Positions 10,515 through 20,002 of a DNA stretch of 64,000 bases are shown one piece after another. The DNA is from Arenimonas sp. (GTDB lineage: Bacteria; Pseudomonadota; Gammaproteobacteria; Xanthomonadales; Xanthomonadaceae). The notes under the pieces were generated by a model that searched no databases, had not been told where the DNA came from, and was given only the letters and a program-made list of their open reading frames with translations. Within the stretch, counting starts at the first letter, position 1; every line of letters begins with the position of its first letter. A program made the position numbers and the translations under genes. Location: contig NZ_DASTNG010000017.1 in the NCBI RefSeq assembly GCF_035721105.1, positions 23,393-87,392 of the forward strand, in the 5' to 3' direction.

Positions 10515-12800
10515 ATGTCCAACGAGATGGAACCCGGCCGGCCCGGCGGCCCGCAGCTGCCGGCGCCGCAGGATGAAGCGCGGCGCCAGGCCCTGGCCAC
10601 CGCCCGCAACCAGGCGCTGAGCCTGGACCTGCGCACGCAGGACAATGCCGACAGCGACGAGATCGACCTGCTCAGCTACTGGCGCATCCTGGTCAAGCGC
10701 CGCTGGACCGTGCTGGGCGCGCTGGGCATCGTGCTGGTGGCCACCCTGGTCGGCACGCTGCTGATGACGCCGATCTACCGCGCCACCACCTCGCTGCAGA
10801 TCGAGCGCGACACCATCAAGGTGGTCGACGTCGAAGGCGTGTCGCCGGTGGAAGGCGGCGCCGGCGCGGACTTCTACCAGACCCAATACGAACTGCTGAA
10901 GAGCCGGGCCCTGGCCCAGCGCGTCGCCTCGACGCTGTCGCTGGCCGAGGGCGACACGCTCGAGCGCCTGTCGCCCCCGTCGCCCTGGGCGGCGCTGCGC
11001 GGGCTGTTCTCCGGCGGCGGCGACGACGCCGACGAGGACTCCGAGGCGGCCCTGGCCTCGCGCGACGGCGCGGCCACCGCCTTCATCATGCGCGGCGTCA
11101 CCATCGAGCCGGTGCGCAATTCGCGCCTGGTGCGAGTGCACTTCGACAGCCCGGACCCGGCGTTCTCTCAGCGCGCCGCCAATGCACTGTCGGAAGCCTT
11201 CATCGCCAGCAACCTCGAGCGCCGCTTCGACTCCTCGGCCTACGCCAAGACCTACCTCGAGGACCGCCTGCAGGAACTGCGGCTCAAGCTCGAGGACTCC
11301 GAGCGCGAACTGGTCGCCTTCGCCCAGAAGGAACAGATCGTCGGCAGCGGCGACAGCAACGGCAACCTTAGCGAACAGGACCTGGGCTCGCTGAACGCCG
11401 CGCTGTCGCAGGCGCGCCAGGACCGCATCAAGGCCGAGGCGCGCTGGCGCCAAGCCCAGGCCTCGCGCGGCACGGTGCTGCTGGGCGAGATCGGCGAGGC
11501 CTCGATCATCAAGGGCCTGCAGGAGAGCCGCGGCAAGCTGCTGGCCGACTACCAGGACAAGCTGCGCCTGTACAAGCCGGGCTATCCGCTGATGGTGCAG
11601 CTCAAGGGCCAGATCGACGAGATCGAGCGCCAGATCGCGGCCGAGGTCGGCAACATCAAGGCCGCCATCCAGGCCGAGTTCCTGGCCGCGCAGGAGCAGG
11701 AGCGCCTGCTGGCCGAGCAGATGACGCTGGTGAAGACCGACGTGCTGGACCTGCAGAGCCGCTCGATCCAGTACAACATCCTCAAGCGCGAAGTCGACAC
11801 CAACCGCGAGCTCTACGACGGCCTGCTGCAGCGCTACAAGGAAATCGGCGTCGCCGCCGGCGTCAGCAACAACAACATCAGCGTCGTCGACCGCGCCCAG
11901 AACGGCTACAAGTTCAAGCCCAGCCTCACCCGCAACCTGGCGCTGGGCCTGCTGGCCGGCCTGATGCTGGGCGTGCTGCTGGCGCTGGCCTTCGAGTACC
12001 TGGACGACACCCTGAAGGCGCCGGAAGACGTCGAGAAGCAGCTGGGCCTGTCGGTGCTGGGCGTGATCCCGCTGCTGAAGCTGCCGATGACCCCGGCCAA
12101 GGCGCTGGAGGATCCGCGCTCGGCCTTCGCCGAAGCGTATCGCTCGGTGCGCACCGCGCTGCAGTTCGCCACCGACACCGGCGTGCCGCGCAGCCTGCTG
12201 ATCACCAGCTCGACGCCGTCGGAGGGCAAGTCGACCACCGCGCTCACGCTGGCCCGCAACTTCGCCCAGCTGGGCAAGCGCGTCCTGATCATCGACGCCG
12301 ACCTGCGCAACCCGTCGCTGCACCGCACGCTGGGCGTGGACAACACCGCGGGCCTGAGCAACTACCTGGCCGGCGCGGTGAAGGCCACCGACGTGATCCA
12401 CGCCACCGACACCCCGGGCCTGATGTACATGAGCACCGGCCCGCTGCCGCCCAACCCGGCCGAGCTGCTGATGGGCCCGAAGATGCTGAGCCTGATCAGC
12501 ATCGCGCGCGAGAAGTTCGACCAGCTGATCATCGACGGTCCGCCGGTGATGGGCCTGGCCGACGCGCCCATCCTGGGCAACCTGGCCGACGGCACCCTGC
12601 TGGTGGTGGAAGCCGGCGAGACCCGCATCACCGTGGCCCGCAACGCGCTCAAGCGCCTGCTGGCGGCGCGCGCGCACGTGGTGGGCGGGCTGCTCACCAA
12701 GTTCAGCAGCAAGCACGCGGGCTATGGCTACGGCTACGGCGCCTACAACTACTACTCGTACGGCGGCCAGGAAGAGACCAAGAAACTGGGACGCCGCTGA
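10515..12800 (+). CDS. wzc: Polysaccharide co-polymerase / tyrosine autokinase (Wzc/GumC-like)
   Basis: EIDLLSYWRIL, two TM helices around a coiled coil, Walker A STPSEGKST, IIDADLR, C-terminal Tyr cluster GYGYGYGAYNYYSY. Confidence 0.93.
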   Translation: MSNEMEPGRPGGPQLPAPQDEARRQALATARNQALSLDLRTQDNADSDEIDLLSYWRILVKRRWTVLGALGIVLVATLVGTLLMTPIYRATTSLQIERDTIKVVDVEGVSPVEGGAGADFYQTQYELLKSRALAQRVASTLSLAEGDTLERLSPPSPWAALRGLFSGGGDDADEDSEAALASRDGAATAFIMRGVTIEPVRNSRLVRVHFDSPDPAFSQRAANALSEAFIASNLERRFDSSAYAKTYLEDRLQELRLKLEDSERELVAFAQKEQIVGSGDSNGNLSEQDLGSLNAALSQARQDRIKAEARWRQAQASRGTVLLGEIGEASIIKGLQESRGKLLADYQDKLRLYKPGYPLMVQLKGQIDEIERQIAAEVGNIKAAIQAEFLAAQEQERLLAEQMTLVKTDVLDLQSRSIQYNILKREVDTNRELYDGLLQRYKEIGVAAGVSNNNISVVDRAQNGYKFKPSLTRNLALGLLAGLMLGVLLALAFEYLDDTLKAPEDVEKQLGLSVLGVIPLLKLPMTPAKALEDPRSAFAEAYRSVRTALQFATDTGVPRSLLITSSTPSEGKSTTALTLARNFAQLGKRVLIIDADLRNPSLHRTLGVDNTAGLSNYLAGAVKATDVIHATDTPGLMYMSTGPLPPNPAELLMGPKMLSLISIAREKFDQLIIDGPPVMGLADAPILGNLADGTLLVVEAGETRITVARNALKRLLAARAHVVGGLLTKFSSKHAGYGYGYGAYNYYSYGGQEETKKLGRR

Positions 12801-14242
12801 TGGCCGGCGCCGGCCATGCACTGGAGCAGGCCCTGGCCTACTACCGTGCGCCGGCGCGGCTGGCGATGGCGGCGCACCGGCCGCTGCCCGACGACCTGAT
12901 CGAACTGCTGCGCCTGGCCGCGGGCGACGGCGCCCAGGCCGCGGCCAGCGCCGCGGCCAGCGGCGAATCGCCCGAACGCGTGGCCGAGGCCGCGGTGTTC
13001 TTCGTGCAGCAGGTGATGTTCGCGGCCGGGGCCGACCCGCACCGCGTGCTGGGCGTGAACCCCGGCGCCCCCGCCGCCCGCATCCGCGAGCACTACCGCT
13101 GGCTGATCCGCTGGCTGCATCCCGACCGCAACGCCGACGACTGGGACAACGTCTACACCGACCGCGTCACCCGCGCCTGGCAGCAGCTTCGCCGCAGCGG
13201 CGCGCTGGCGGGGGAGGGCGGGGCCGACGCCGGCGAGTCCGCGGCCGAAGCCGCGCAGGACGCCGAATGGTCCCGGCTCGCCACCCGCGGCCGGCCCACG
13301 CCCGACGCCGCGCCGCGCGCCGCTGAGCCCGCCGCCGCCGAGGCCCCGGCCGCCGCCCCGCGCGCGACCGAACTCCCGGTCGCGCTGGCCCGCATCTCCC
13401 GCGAAACCGACGCCGCCCCCATCCTCTCCGCCCGCACCGCCCGCCGCCTGCCGGTGTTCGTGCTGGGCGGCCTGGGCCTGGCCGCCGTCAGCCTGGTCGC
13501 CCTGCTGTGGGTCGCCCAGCAGCAAAAAGCCGCGCGCCCGACCCTGGCCCGCGTCGAGCTGCCCGCCGTCGACGTGCCCCGCGAATCGCCCGCGATCCCC
13601 GGCGCCGCCCGCGCCAGCCTCGAGCTCCCCGCGCCCGTCCTCCCCCTCCTGCCCGCCATCCCCGCGCCCACCCCCTCCCCTGTAGGAGGGCCTTCAGGCC
13701 CGAATCTTTCCCCCGCCATCTCCGCGCCCAACCCCGCCCGCCCGCCCGCCCCGGCCGTGCCGCTGGCCGGCGACGCGCAAGCGGCGCCGGTACCGCAGGT
13801 CGCGGCGGAAAGCTTCGGGCCTGAAGGCCCTCCTACAGGGGAGGGCGTGGCGGCAGCGGAGACCGAGGCCACGGCCCCGCCAGCGCCGATGGACGAAGCC
13901 AGCGCCCGCGCCGTGCTCGCGAAGTTCAGCGCGGCCTACGCGGCGGGCGACATCAACGCCCTGATGCGCCTGTTCACCCGCGACGCGCGCAACAACCGCG
14001 GCGGGCGCGACGCCATCGTCTACGACTACCAGTCGCTGTTCGCGCGGTCCCGCGAGCGCCGCCTGGACCTGCAGCCCAACGGCTGGATCACCGGCGACAG
14101 CGGCGCCGTGGTGCTGGCCGAGTACGCGGCCTGGGTGAAAGAGGGCCGCCTGTTCCCCGGCAGCACCACCCGCGGCACCATCCGCTTCACCCTGCGCCGC
14201 GAAGACGGCGAACTGAAGATCAGCCAGGTGATCCATGACTGA
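12800..14242 (+). CDS. J-domain (HPD) membrane protein with Pro-rich linker and C-terminal NTF2/SnoaL-like domain
   Basis: HRVLGVNPGA...HYRWLIRWLHPDRN, one TM (VFVLGGLGLAAVSLVALLWV), C-terminal ARAVLAKFSAAYAAGDINALMRLF. TGATG coupling to wzc. The domain calls are by eye. Confidence 0.65.
   Translation: MAGAGHALEQALAYYRAPARLAMAAHRPLPDDLIELLRLAAGDGAQAAASAAASGESPERVAEAAVFFVQQVMFAAGADPHRVLGVNPGAPAARIREHYRWLIRWLHPDRNADDWDNVYTDRVTRAWQQLRRSGALAGEGGADAGESAAEAAQDAEWSRLATRGRPTPDAAPRAAEPAAAEAPAAAPRATELPVALARISRETDAAPILSARTARRLPVFVLGGLGLAAVSLVALLWVAQQQKAARPTLARVELPAVDVPRESPAIPGAARASLELPAPVLPLLPAIPAPTPSPVGGPSGPNLSPAISAPNPARPPAPAVPLAGDAQAAPVPQVAAESFGPEGPPTGEGVAAAETEATAPPAPMDEASARAVLAKFSAAYAAGDINALMRLFTRDARNNRGGRDAIVYDYQSLFARSRERRLDLQPNGWITGDSGAVVLAEYAAWVKEGRLFPGSTTRGTIRFTLRREDGELKISQVIHD
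13680..13838. repeat. REP doublet (subtype B) inside the J-domain protein CDS
   Basis: CTGTAGGAGGGCCTTCAGGCCCGAA at 13680 and TTCGGGCCTGAAGGCCCTCCTACAG ending at 13838, both translated. Confidence 0.9.
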
Positions 14243-15500
14243 GCCCTTGCCGCGCGCCCGCGTCCGCCGCCTGCTGCTGGCCCTCGCCACCGGCGCCCTG
14301 GTGCTGCTGGGCGGGCGCGCCGTGCAGAACGGCGTGGCCGACCACTACGCCATTTCCAACCCGGCCCGCGCCCTGGCCTGGCGCAGCGACCACCCCGAGG
14401 CCCTGTACCGCCAGGCCCTGCGCCTGGCCGCCGACCCGGCCCAGGCCGAGGCCGCCGCCGACCACGCCCGCCGCGCCCTGCGCGCCAACCCGCTGGACGG
14501 CCGCAGCTACCGCATCCTGGGCACCCTGGCCGACGCCGCCGGCGACCGCGCCCAGGCCGCCCGCCTGTTCACCGTGGCCGCGCAGCGCACCCCGCGCGAC
14601 CTGTCCAGCCAGGCCTGGCTGCTCGACTACCACCTGGCCGAAGGCGACCTGCCGGCCGCGATGCAGAACCTGGACCTGCTGCTGCGGGTGAATCCGGGCC
14701 TGTTCCCCAGCCTGGAAGCCCAACTGCTGGGCCTGGCCAGCGACGCCCGCGCCCACGAGGCCCTGGCCGACCGGCTGGCGACCCTGCCGCCCTGGCGCGG
14801 CCGGCTGCTGGTGGCCACGGCCGCGAAGGCGCCGTCCTACGAGGCGGTGGCGCCGCTGTTCGACCGCCTGCGCAAGGCCCCCGGCGGCCTGGCCCCGGCC
14901 GAGCTGTCGGCCTGGGTCGACCGCCTGGGCCGCGAGGGCCAGTGGGGCCCGGCCTACCTGATCTGGGTGAGCCAGCTGCCGCCCGAGCGGCTGGTGGGCC
15001 TGGGCAACCTTTACAACGGCAGCTTCGAATGGGAGCCGGGGCAGGGCGCCTTCCACTGGCGCCTGGGCCGCATCGCCGGCGCCCGCGTGGACCGCCTGCC
15101 CACCGAGGGCGCCGACGGCAAGCTGGCCCTGCGGGTCGCCTTCGAAGACCGCCGCGTGCCCTTCGCCCACGTGCGCCAGATGCTGGCCTTGGGCCCCGGC
15201 CGCTACACCTTCAGCGGCCAGGCCCGGCCCGAGACCCTGCGCACCGAGCGGGGCCTGGTGTGGACCATCACCTGCGCCAGCGGCGGCCCGGCCCTGGGCG
15301 AAACCCGGCCGCTGATGGGCAACGGCCCCTGGCGGGCGTTCGAAGCCGAGTTCGAGGTGCCGGCCGAAAACTGCGGCGCCCAGTGGCTGGTGCTGCGCCT
15401 GCCGGCCCGGATCCCGGCCGAGCAGCGCATCGGCGGCCGGGCCTGGTTCGATGCCCTGAAGATTTCTCGGCAGCGCCCGGCGCCCGACGCAAATAATTGA
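14235..15500 (+). CDS. Membrane-anchored TPR protein with C-terminal carbohydrate-binding-like beta-sandwich
   Basis: N-terminal TM, TPR-like helices (ARRALRANPLDGRSYRILG), C-terminal NLYNGSFE...WRL...RAWFDALKI typical of CBM-like domains. Fold call is inferred. Confidence 0.6.
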   Translation: MTEPLPRARVRRLLLALATGALVLLGGRAVQNGVADHYAISNPARALAWRSDHPEALYRQALRLAADPAQAEAAADHARRALRANPLDGRSYRILGTLADAAGDRAQAARLFTVAAQRTPRDLSSQAWLLDYHLAEGDLPAAMQNLDLLLRVNPGLFPSLEAQLLGLASDARAHEALADRLATLPPWRGRLLVATAAKAPSYEAVAPLFDRLRKAPGGLAPAELSAWVDRLGREGQWGPAYLIWVSQLPPERLVGLGNLYNGSFEWEPGQGAFHWRLGRIAGARVDRLPTEGADGKLALRVAFEDRRVPFAHVRQMLALGPGRYTFSGQARPETLRTERGLVWTITCASGGPALGETRPLMGNGPWRAFEAEFEVPAENCGAQWLVLRLPARIPAEQRIGGRAWFDALKISRQRPAPDANN

Positions 15501-15552
15501 TTTGAAACATTTACCCGATAGCCTGCGGTTCAGCAAAAAAACCCGTGAAGGG

Positions 15553-15581
15553 TTGCCAGGCCCGCCGTATCGGCCTAACCT
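15553..15581 (+). promoter_or_regulatory. Sigma70-like promoter for the small secreted protein
   Basis: TTGCCA-N17-TAACCT, preceded by an AT-rich tract at ~15490-15545. Confidence 0.55.
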
Positions 15582-15624
15582 AGAACCCAAATCGGCTTCA
15601 CCCGCCCCCCAAGGGAGCACCACC

Positions 15625-16074
15625 ATGATCCGTACCGCCCTCATCCTCTCCGCCCTCGTCGCCGCCCCGGCCTTTGCTGCCGACAGCGTTGCCACGCTCA
15701 GCGCGCAGCAGGGCACCGTGCTGGTCAACCAGGGCGACGAATTCATCACCGCCACCGACGCGCAGGCCCTGCTGGCCGGCGACCGCGTCATGGTCATGGA
15801 AGGCGGCAGCGCCGAAATCACCTTCGCCGACGGCTGCGTGCTGCCGCTGGTCTCGGGCTCGCTGGTCGACGTGCCGGCCACCTCCACCTGCGCTGGCGCC
15901 GTGGCCAGCGTGCAGAACATCGGCCCCAGCTACGCCCAGGCCGTGGGCAGCCGCAGCACCGACCGCAGCAAGTACGAGCCGCTGGTCTATGGTTTCTGGG
16001 GCTTGGTGATCGTCGGCATGATGCAGGACGGTGGCGTCAAGTTCACCTACCAGGAGCCGGCCGCCAGCCCGTAA
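15625..16074 (+). CDS. Small secreted protein of unknown function with C-terminal hydrophobic segment ending PAASP
   Basis: AGGGAG RBS, signal peptide MIRTALILSALVAAPAFA, two Cys, hydrophobic PLVYGFWGLVIVGMM near the C-terminus. Confidence 0.75.
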   Translation: MIRTALILSALVAAPAFAADSVATLSAQQGTVLVNQGDEFITATDAQALLAGDRVMVMEGGSAEITFADGCVLPLVSGSLVDVPATSTCAGAVASVQNIGPSYAQAVGSRSTDRSKYEPLVYGFWGLVIVGMMQDGGVKFTYQEPAASP

Positions 16075-16098
16075 CGGGTTCGCACCGCGCACCGCGAG

Positions 16099-16124
16099 AA
16101 AGGCCGCCCCCGGGCGGCCTTTTT
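16099..16124 (+). terminator. Rho-independent terminator
   Basis: AAAGGCCGCC-CCCG-GGCGGCCTTTTT hairpin with U-tract. Confidence 0.85.
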
Positions 16125-16239
16125 CATGGGCAAGGCGAAAGTTTCAAGCGCGGCGCGATGGCTTGTTTTGCAGCATAGTCCGCTATCATCACATGGCATT
16201 CGCGACGCGCAGGACGCGCACCGCAGACAGGGGAAACGC

Positions 16240-17613
16240 ATGATGCCAACCGCCCGCCCGCGCACGCTGGGCACGCACCTGCAGTGGCCGCTGGCTGCCG
16301 CACTGCTGCTGCTGTGCCTGGTGCTGGGCGGCGGGCAGGGCACGGTGGGCGATGCGCTGTGCCAGGCGCTGGCGGCGGGGCTGGTCATCCTGACCCTGTG
16401 GCGCAGTGAAACCGAGCCCGATGCCCGCCTGCCGCGCATCGCCTGGATCGCCGCACTTCCCCTGGCGGTGCCGCTGCTGCAGCTGCTGCCGATTCCCGAA
16501 GCGCTGTGGCTGATGCCGCCGGCGCGTGCCGAGATCGCCCAACAGCTGGCGGTCGCCGGCCTCGAGCCCACGACGCGCTGGACGCTGACGCCCTTCGGCA
16601 CCGAAACCGCGCTGGCCTGGCTGCTGCCGGCGGTGGCGATGTTCCTGGCGGTGCTGCAGTTCGATGCCACCCAGCGGCTGCGGTTGGTGGCGATCTTCGT
16701 GGCGGTGACCGTGGTGGCGATCGTGCTGGGCGTGGCGCAGATGGCGTCGGGCGCGGGCAGCGTGCTTTATTTCTACGACCGGACAAACAGCAGTAGCGCA
16801 GTGGGCTTCTTCGCCAACCGCAACCACTTCGCCAGCCAGCTGGTCCTGGCCTTGCCCTTCGTGCTGATCGGTACCGCGGCCTGGTGGAACACGCAGCGTG
16901 ACGAAGGCCGGAATGCCTTGCTGTGGGCCACGGCGGGCGTGGCGCTGGCCGCGCTGCTGATCCTGGCGTTGGCCTTGGTAGGCTCGCGCGCCGGCATCCT
17001 GCTCGGCATGCTGGCCATTGCACTGAGTCTGCCGGCCGTCCTGGCCATGCGGAACAAGCGCGGCACCCGGCGGCTGATGGCGGCGGTGCTGGGCGTCGGC
17101 CTGCTGCTAGGCGTGCAGTTCGCGCTGTTCGGCGTGATGCAGAGCTTCTCGCAGGACCCGATGGAAGACGCCCGCGTCCGGTACACGCAGCTGACCCTGG
17201 AGGCCGCAGGCCACCACGCGCCGCTGGGTACGGGGTTGGGCGGGTTCCGCCGTGCCTTCGAGGCCTATGACGTGGACTCGGTCGAAAACATCTACGTCAA
17301 TCACGCGCACAACGACTACGCCGAGCTTTGGCTCGATGGCCGTGGGTCGGCCCTGTTGATCGGCATGGCGCTGCTGGTCACCTTCGCCGCCGCCGCGTGG
17401 CGTCACTGGCGACGCCGTGGCGCGGCAACGCTGGAAAAGTTGCTGACCCGCGCTTCGCTGATCGGCCTGCTGATGCTGGCCCTGCATTCGTTTGGCGACT
17501 ACCCGCTGCGGACCACGGCGCTGCTGGCCAGCGCCGGGTTGCTTGCGGCGCTGCTGGCGCGCCCCCGCACCCATCATCGAACTGGAGTTCCCTTGGCCCA
17601 TGCTGAATCTTGA
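16240..17613 (+). CDS. O-antigen ligase / O-oligosaccharyltransferase-like (Wzy_C) membrane protein
   Basis: About 12 [45 protein letters not shown]. Confidence 0.82.
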   Translation: MMPTARPRTLGTHLQWPLAAALLLLCLVLGGGQGTVGDALCQALAAGLVILTLWRSETEPDARLPRIAWIAALPLAVPLLQLLPIPEALWLMPPARAEIAQQLAVAGLEPTTRWTLTPFGTETALAWLLPAVAMFLAVLQFDATQRLRLVAIFVAVTVVAIVLGVAQMASGAGSVLYFYDRTNSSSAVGFFANRNHFASQLVLALPFVLIGTAAWWNTQRDEGRNALLWATAGVALAALLILALALVGSRAGILLGMLAIALSLPAVLAMRNKRGTRRLMAAVLGVGLLLGVQFALFGVMQSFSQDPMEDARVRYTQLTLEAAGHHAPLGTGLGGFRRAFEAYDVDSVENIYVNHAHNDYAELWLDGRGSALLIGMALLVTFAAAAWRHWRRRGAATLEKLLTRASLIGLLMLALHSFGDYPLRTTALLASAGLLAALLARPRTHHRTGVPLAHAES

Positions 17614-18877
17614 AGACACGCGCATCGCCGTGATCGGCCTGGGCTATGTCGGCCTGCCGCTGGCGGTCGAGTTCGGCAAGCGATATGAAACCGTCGGCTA
17701 TGACATCCGGTCGGAACGCGTGGCCGAACTGGAAGCTGGACGCGACGGTACGCGGGAAGTTTCCCCCGAAGAACTGGCGGGAAGTCCCAAGCTGCGCTTC
17801 GGCAGCCAGCTGGACACCATCCGCGGCTGCAATGTCTACATCGTCACCGTGCCGACGCCCATTGATGCGGCCAAGCGCCCCGACCTGACTCCGCTGGTCA
17901 AGGCCAGCGAGGCCATCGGCAGCGTGCTCAAGAAAGGCGACGTGGTGGTGTACGAGTCGACGGTCTATCCCGGCTGCACCGAAGAGGTCTGCGTGCCGCT
18001 GCTGGAGAAGGCTTCGGGCCTCATGTTCAACCGCGACTTCCACTGCGGCTACAGCCCCGAACGGATCAATCCGGGCGACAAGCTGCACCGGGTGACCACT
18101 ATCCTGAAGGTGACCTCGGGCTCGACGCCGGCGACGGCCGACTTCGTGGACGCGCTGTACGGAAGCATCATCACCGCCGGCACCCACAAGGCCAGCAGCA
18201 TCAAGGTGGCCGAGGCCGCCAAGGTGATCGAGAACACCCAGCGCGACGTCAACATTGCATTGATCAACGAGCTGGCGCTGATCTTCAACAAGTTGGGCAT
18301 AGATACCCTTGAAGTACTGGAGGCGGCGGGCACGAAGTGGAACTTCCTGCCCTTCCGCCCGGGCTTGGTGGGCGGGCACTGCATCAGCGTCGATCCTTAC
18401 TACCTAACCCACAAGGCGCAGGAAATCGGCTACCACCCGGAAGTGATCCTGGCCGGCCGCCGAATCAACGACGGCATGGGCGCCCACGTGGCGGCCCAGG
18501 TGGTGCGGCTGATGGCGGGCAATGGCATCAACCCGGTGGGCGCACGCGTGCTGGTGCTGGGCCTCGCTTTCAAGGAGAACTGCCCCGACCTGCGCAACAC
18601 CCGCGTGGTGGACATCATCGGCGAGCTGGCCGGATTCCAGGCGAAGGTGGATGTGTACGACCCTTGGGTGGATGCCGCCGAAGCCGAGCACGAGTACGGC
18701 ATCACGCCGATCAGCGCGCCGAAGAGCGGTGAATACGACGCGATCGTGCTGGCCGTGGGGCATGCCGAGTTCGCCAAGCTGGGCGGGCAGGGCGTGCGTG
18801 CCCTGGGCAAGGCCAGCAGCGTGGTTTATGACGTGAAGTACGTGCTGCCGCGGGATGCGGTGGACGGGAGGCTTTGA
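17600..18877 (+). CDS. tviB: UDP-HexNAc C6 dehydrogenase (TviB/WbpO-like)
   Basis: [48 protein letters not shown]. Confidence 0.85.
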   Translation: MLNLEDTRIAVIGLGYVGLPLAVEFGKRYETVGYDIRSERVAELEAGRDGTREVSPEELAGSPKLRFGSQLDTIRGCNVYIVTVPTPIDAAKRPDLTPLVKASEAIGSVLKKGDVVVYESTVYPGCTEEVCVPLLEKASGLMFNRDFHCGYSPERINPGDKLHRVTTILKVTSGSTPATADFVDALYGSIITAGTHKASSIKVAEAAKVIENTQRDVNIALINELALIFNKLGIDTLEVLEAAGTKWNFLPFRPGLVGGHCISVDPYYLTHKAQEIGYHPEVILAGRRINDGMGAHVAAQVVRLMAGNGINPVGARVLVLGLAFKENCPDLRNTRVVDIIGELAGFQAKVDVYDPWVDAAEAEHEYGITPISAPKSGEYDAIVLAVGHAEFAKLGGQGVRALGKASSVVYDVKYVLPRDAVDGRL

Positions 18878-18879
18878 CA

Positions 18880-19890
18880 ATGAAGGTCCTGGTAACCGGC
18901 ACCGCCGGATTCATCGGCTCGCATCTCGCCATGCGGCTGCTCGAGCGCGGCAACGAAGTGGTCGGCTTCGACAACATGAGCGACTACTACGACGTGAACC
19001 TGAAGAGGGCGCGTCTGGCCCGCTTCATGGACCACCCGAACTACATCCACATCGAAGCCGACCTGGCCGATCGCGAAGCGGTGGAGCTGGCGTTTGCCAC
19101 CCACAAGCCGCAGCGCGTGGTGAACCTAGCGGCGCAGGCCGGCGTGCGTTACGCCGCCCAGAATCCGCACGTGTACGTCAGCAGTAACGTCACCGGATTT
19201 CTGCACATTCTGGAAGGCTGCCGGCATCACGGAGTTGAGCACCTGGTGTTCGCGTCCACCAGTTCGGTATACGGCGCAAACCTCAAGATGCCGTTCAGCG
19301 AACACCAGCCGACCGAGCACCCGTTGACCCTGTACGCGGCTACCAAGAAAGCCAACGAAATGATGGCGCACAGCTATGCGCACCTCTATGGCATTCCCTG
19401 CACCGGACTACGCTTCTTCACCGTCTACGGGCCCTGGGGTCGGCCGGACATGGCGCTGTTCCTATTCACCAAGGCCATCCTGGCCGGCGAGCAGATTAAG
19501 GTGTTCAACCACGGCAAGCACAAGCGCAGTTTCACTTTCGTGGACGACATCGTCGAAGGCGTGATTCGAACTCTGTGCCAGCCCGCGACCGCGAACACGG
19601 CCTGGGATGGCACGGCGCCGGACCCCGCCACCAGCAATATTCCGTACCGGATATTCAACATCGGCAACGAGCAGCCGGTGGAGCTGCTTCGCTACATTGA
19701 GGTATTGGAGGGCTGCCTGGGGCGAAAGGCGCGGATGGAGATGCTGCCGCTGCAGGCCGGCGATGTTCCCGACACCGAAGCCGATGTCTCCGAGTTGATC
19801 CAAAACGTCGGTTACTCCCCCGTGGTGCAGGTGGAGGAGGGTGTCCGTCGGTTCGTCGAGTGGTATCGCGAGTACTACGCCGCCTGTTGA
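18880..19890 (+). CDS. NAD-dependent epimerase (UDP-glucuronate 4-epimerase-like)
   Basis: VTGTAGFIG, NLAAQAGVRY, YAATKKANE, RFFTVYGPWGRPDMA, LPLQAGDV. Confidence 0.88.
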   Translation: MKVLVTGTAGFIGSHLAMRLLERGNEVVGFDNMSDYYDVNLKRARLARFMDHPNYIHIEADLADREAVELAFATHKPQRVVNLAAQAGVRYAAQNPHVYVSSNVTGFLHILEGCRHHGVEHLVFASTSSVYGANLKMPFSEHQPTEHPLTLYAATKKANEMMAHSYAHLYGIPCTGLRFFTVYGPWGRPDMALFLFTKAILAGEQIKVFNHGKHKRSFTFVDDIVEGVIRTLCQPATANTAWDGTAPDPATSNIPYRIFNIGNEQPVELLRYIEVLEGCLGRKARMEMLPLQAGDVPDTEADVSELIQNVGYSPVVQVEEGVRRFVEWYREYYAAC

Positions 19891-20002
19891 CCCTCTGCTG
19901 CCGAGTTTGACCAGCGTGGCCTCCTGCCGAAGGCTCATGCTCGTGGTGATCAGGCGACTTGCCGGGGCCCATGGGCACGCGGCGGTAGCGGATCGGCGGC
20001 TT

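Noticed and set aside
9435-12821. 1128-aa antisense ORF over wza/wzc; similar shadows at 6071-7702, 45669-47342, 47362-50949, 57708-59792 and 61358-63532
   Set aside because: These are antisense or alternate-frame shadows of well-supported genes, expected from high GC3 codon bias. They contain no recognisable domains.
19979-19992. GGCGGTAGCG resembling the RfaH ops element
   Set aside because: It lacks the terminal TG and JUMPstart context. It lies after the last plus-strand gene, facing a convergent cassette, so it is not positioned to antiterminate an operon.
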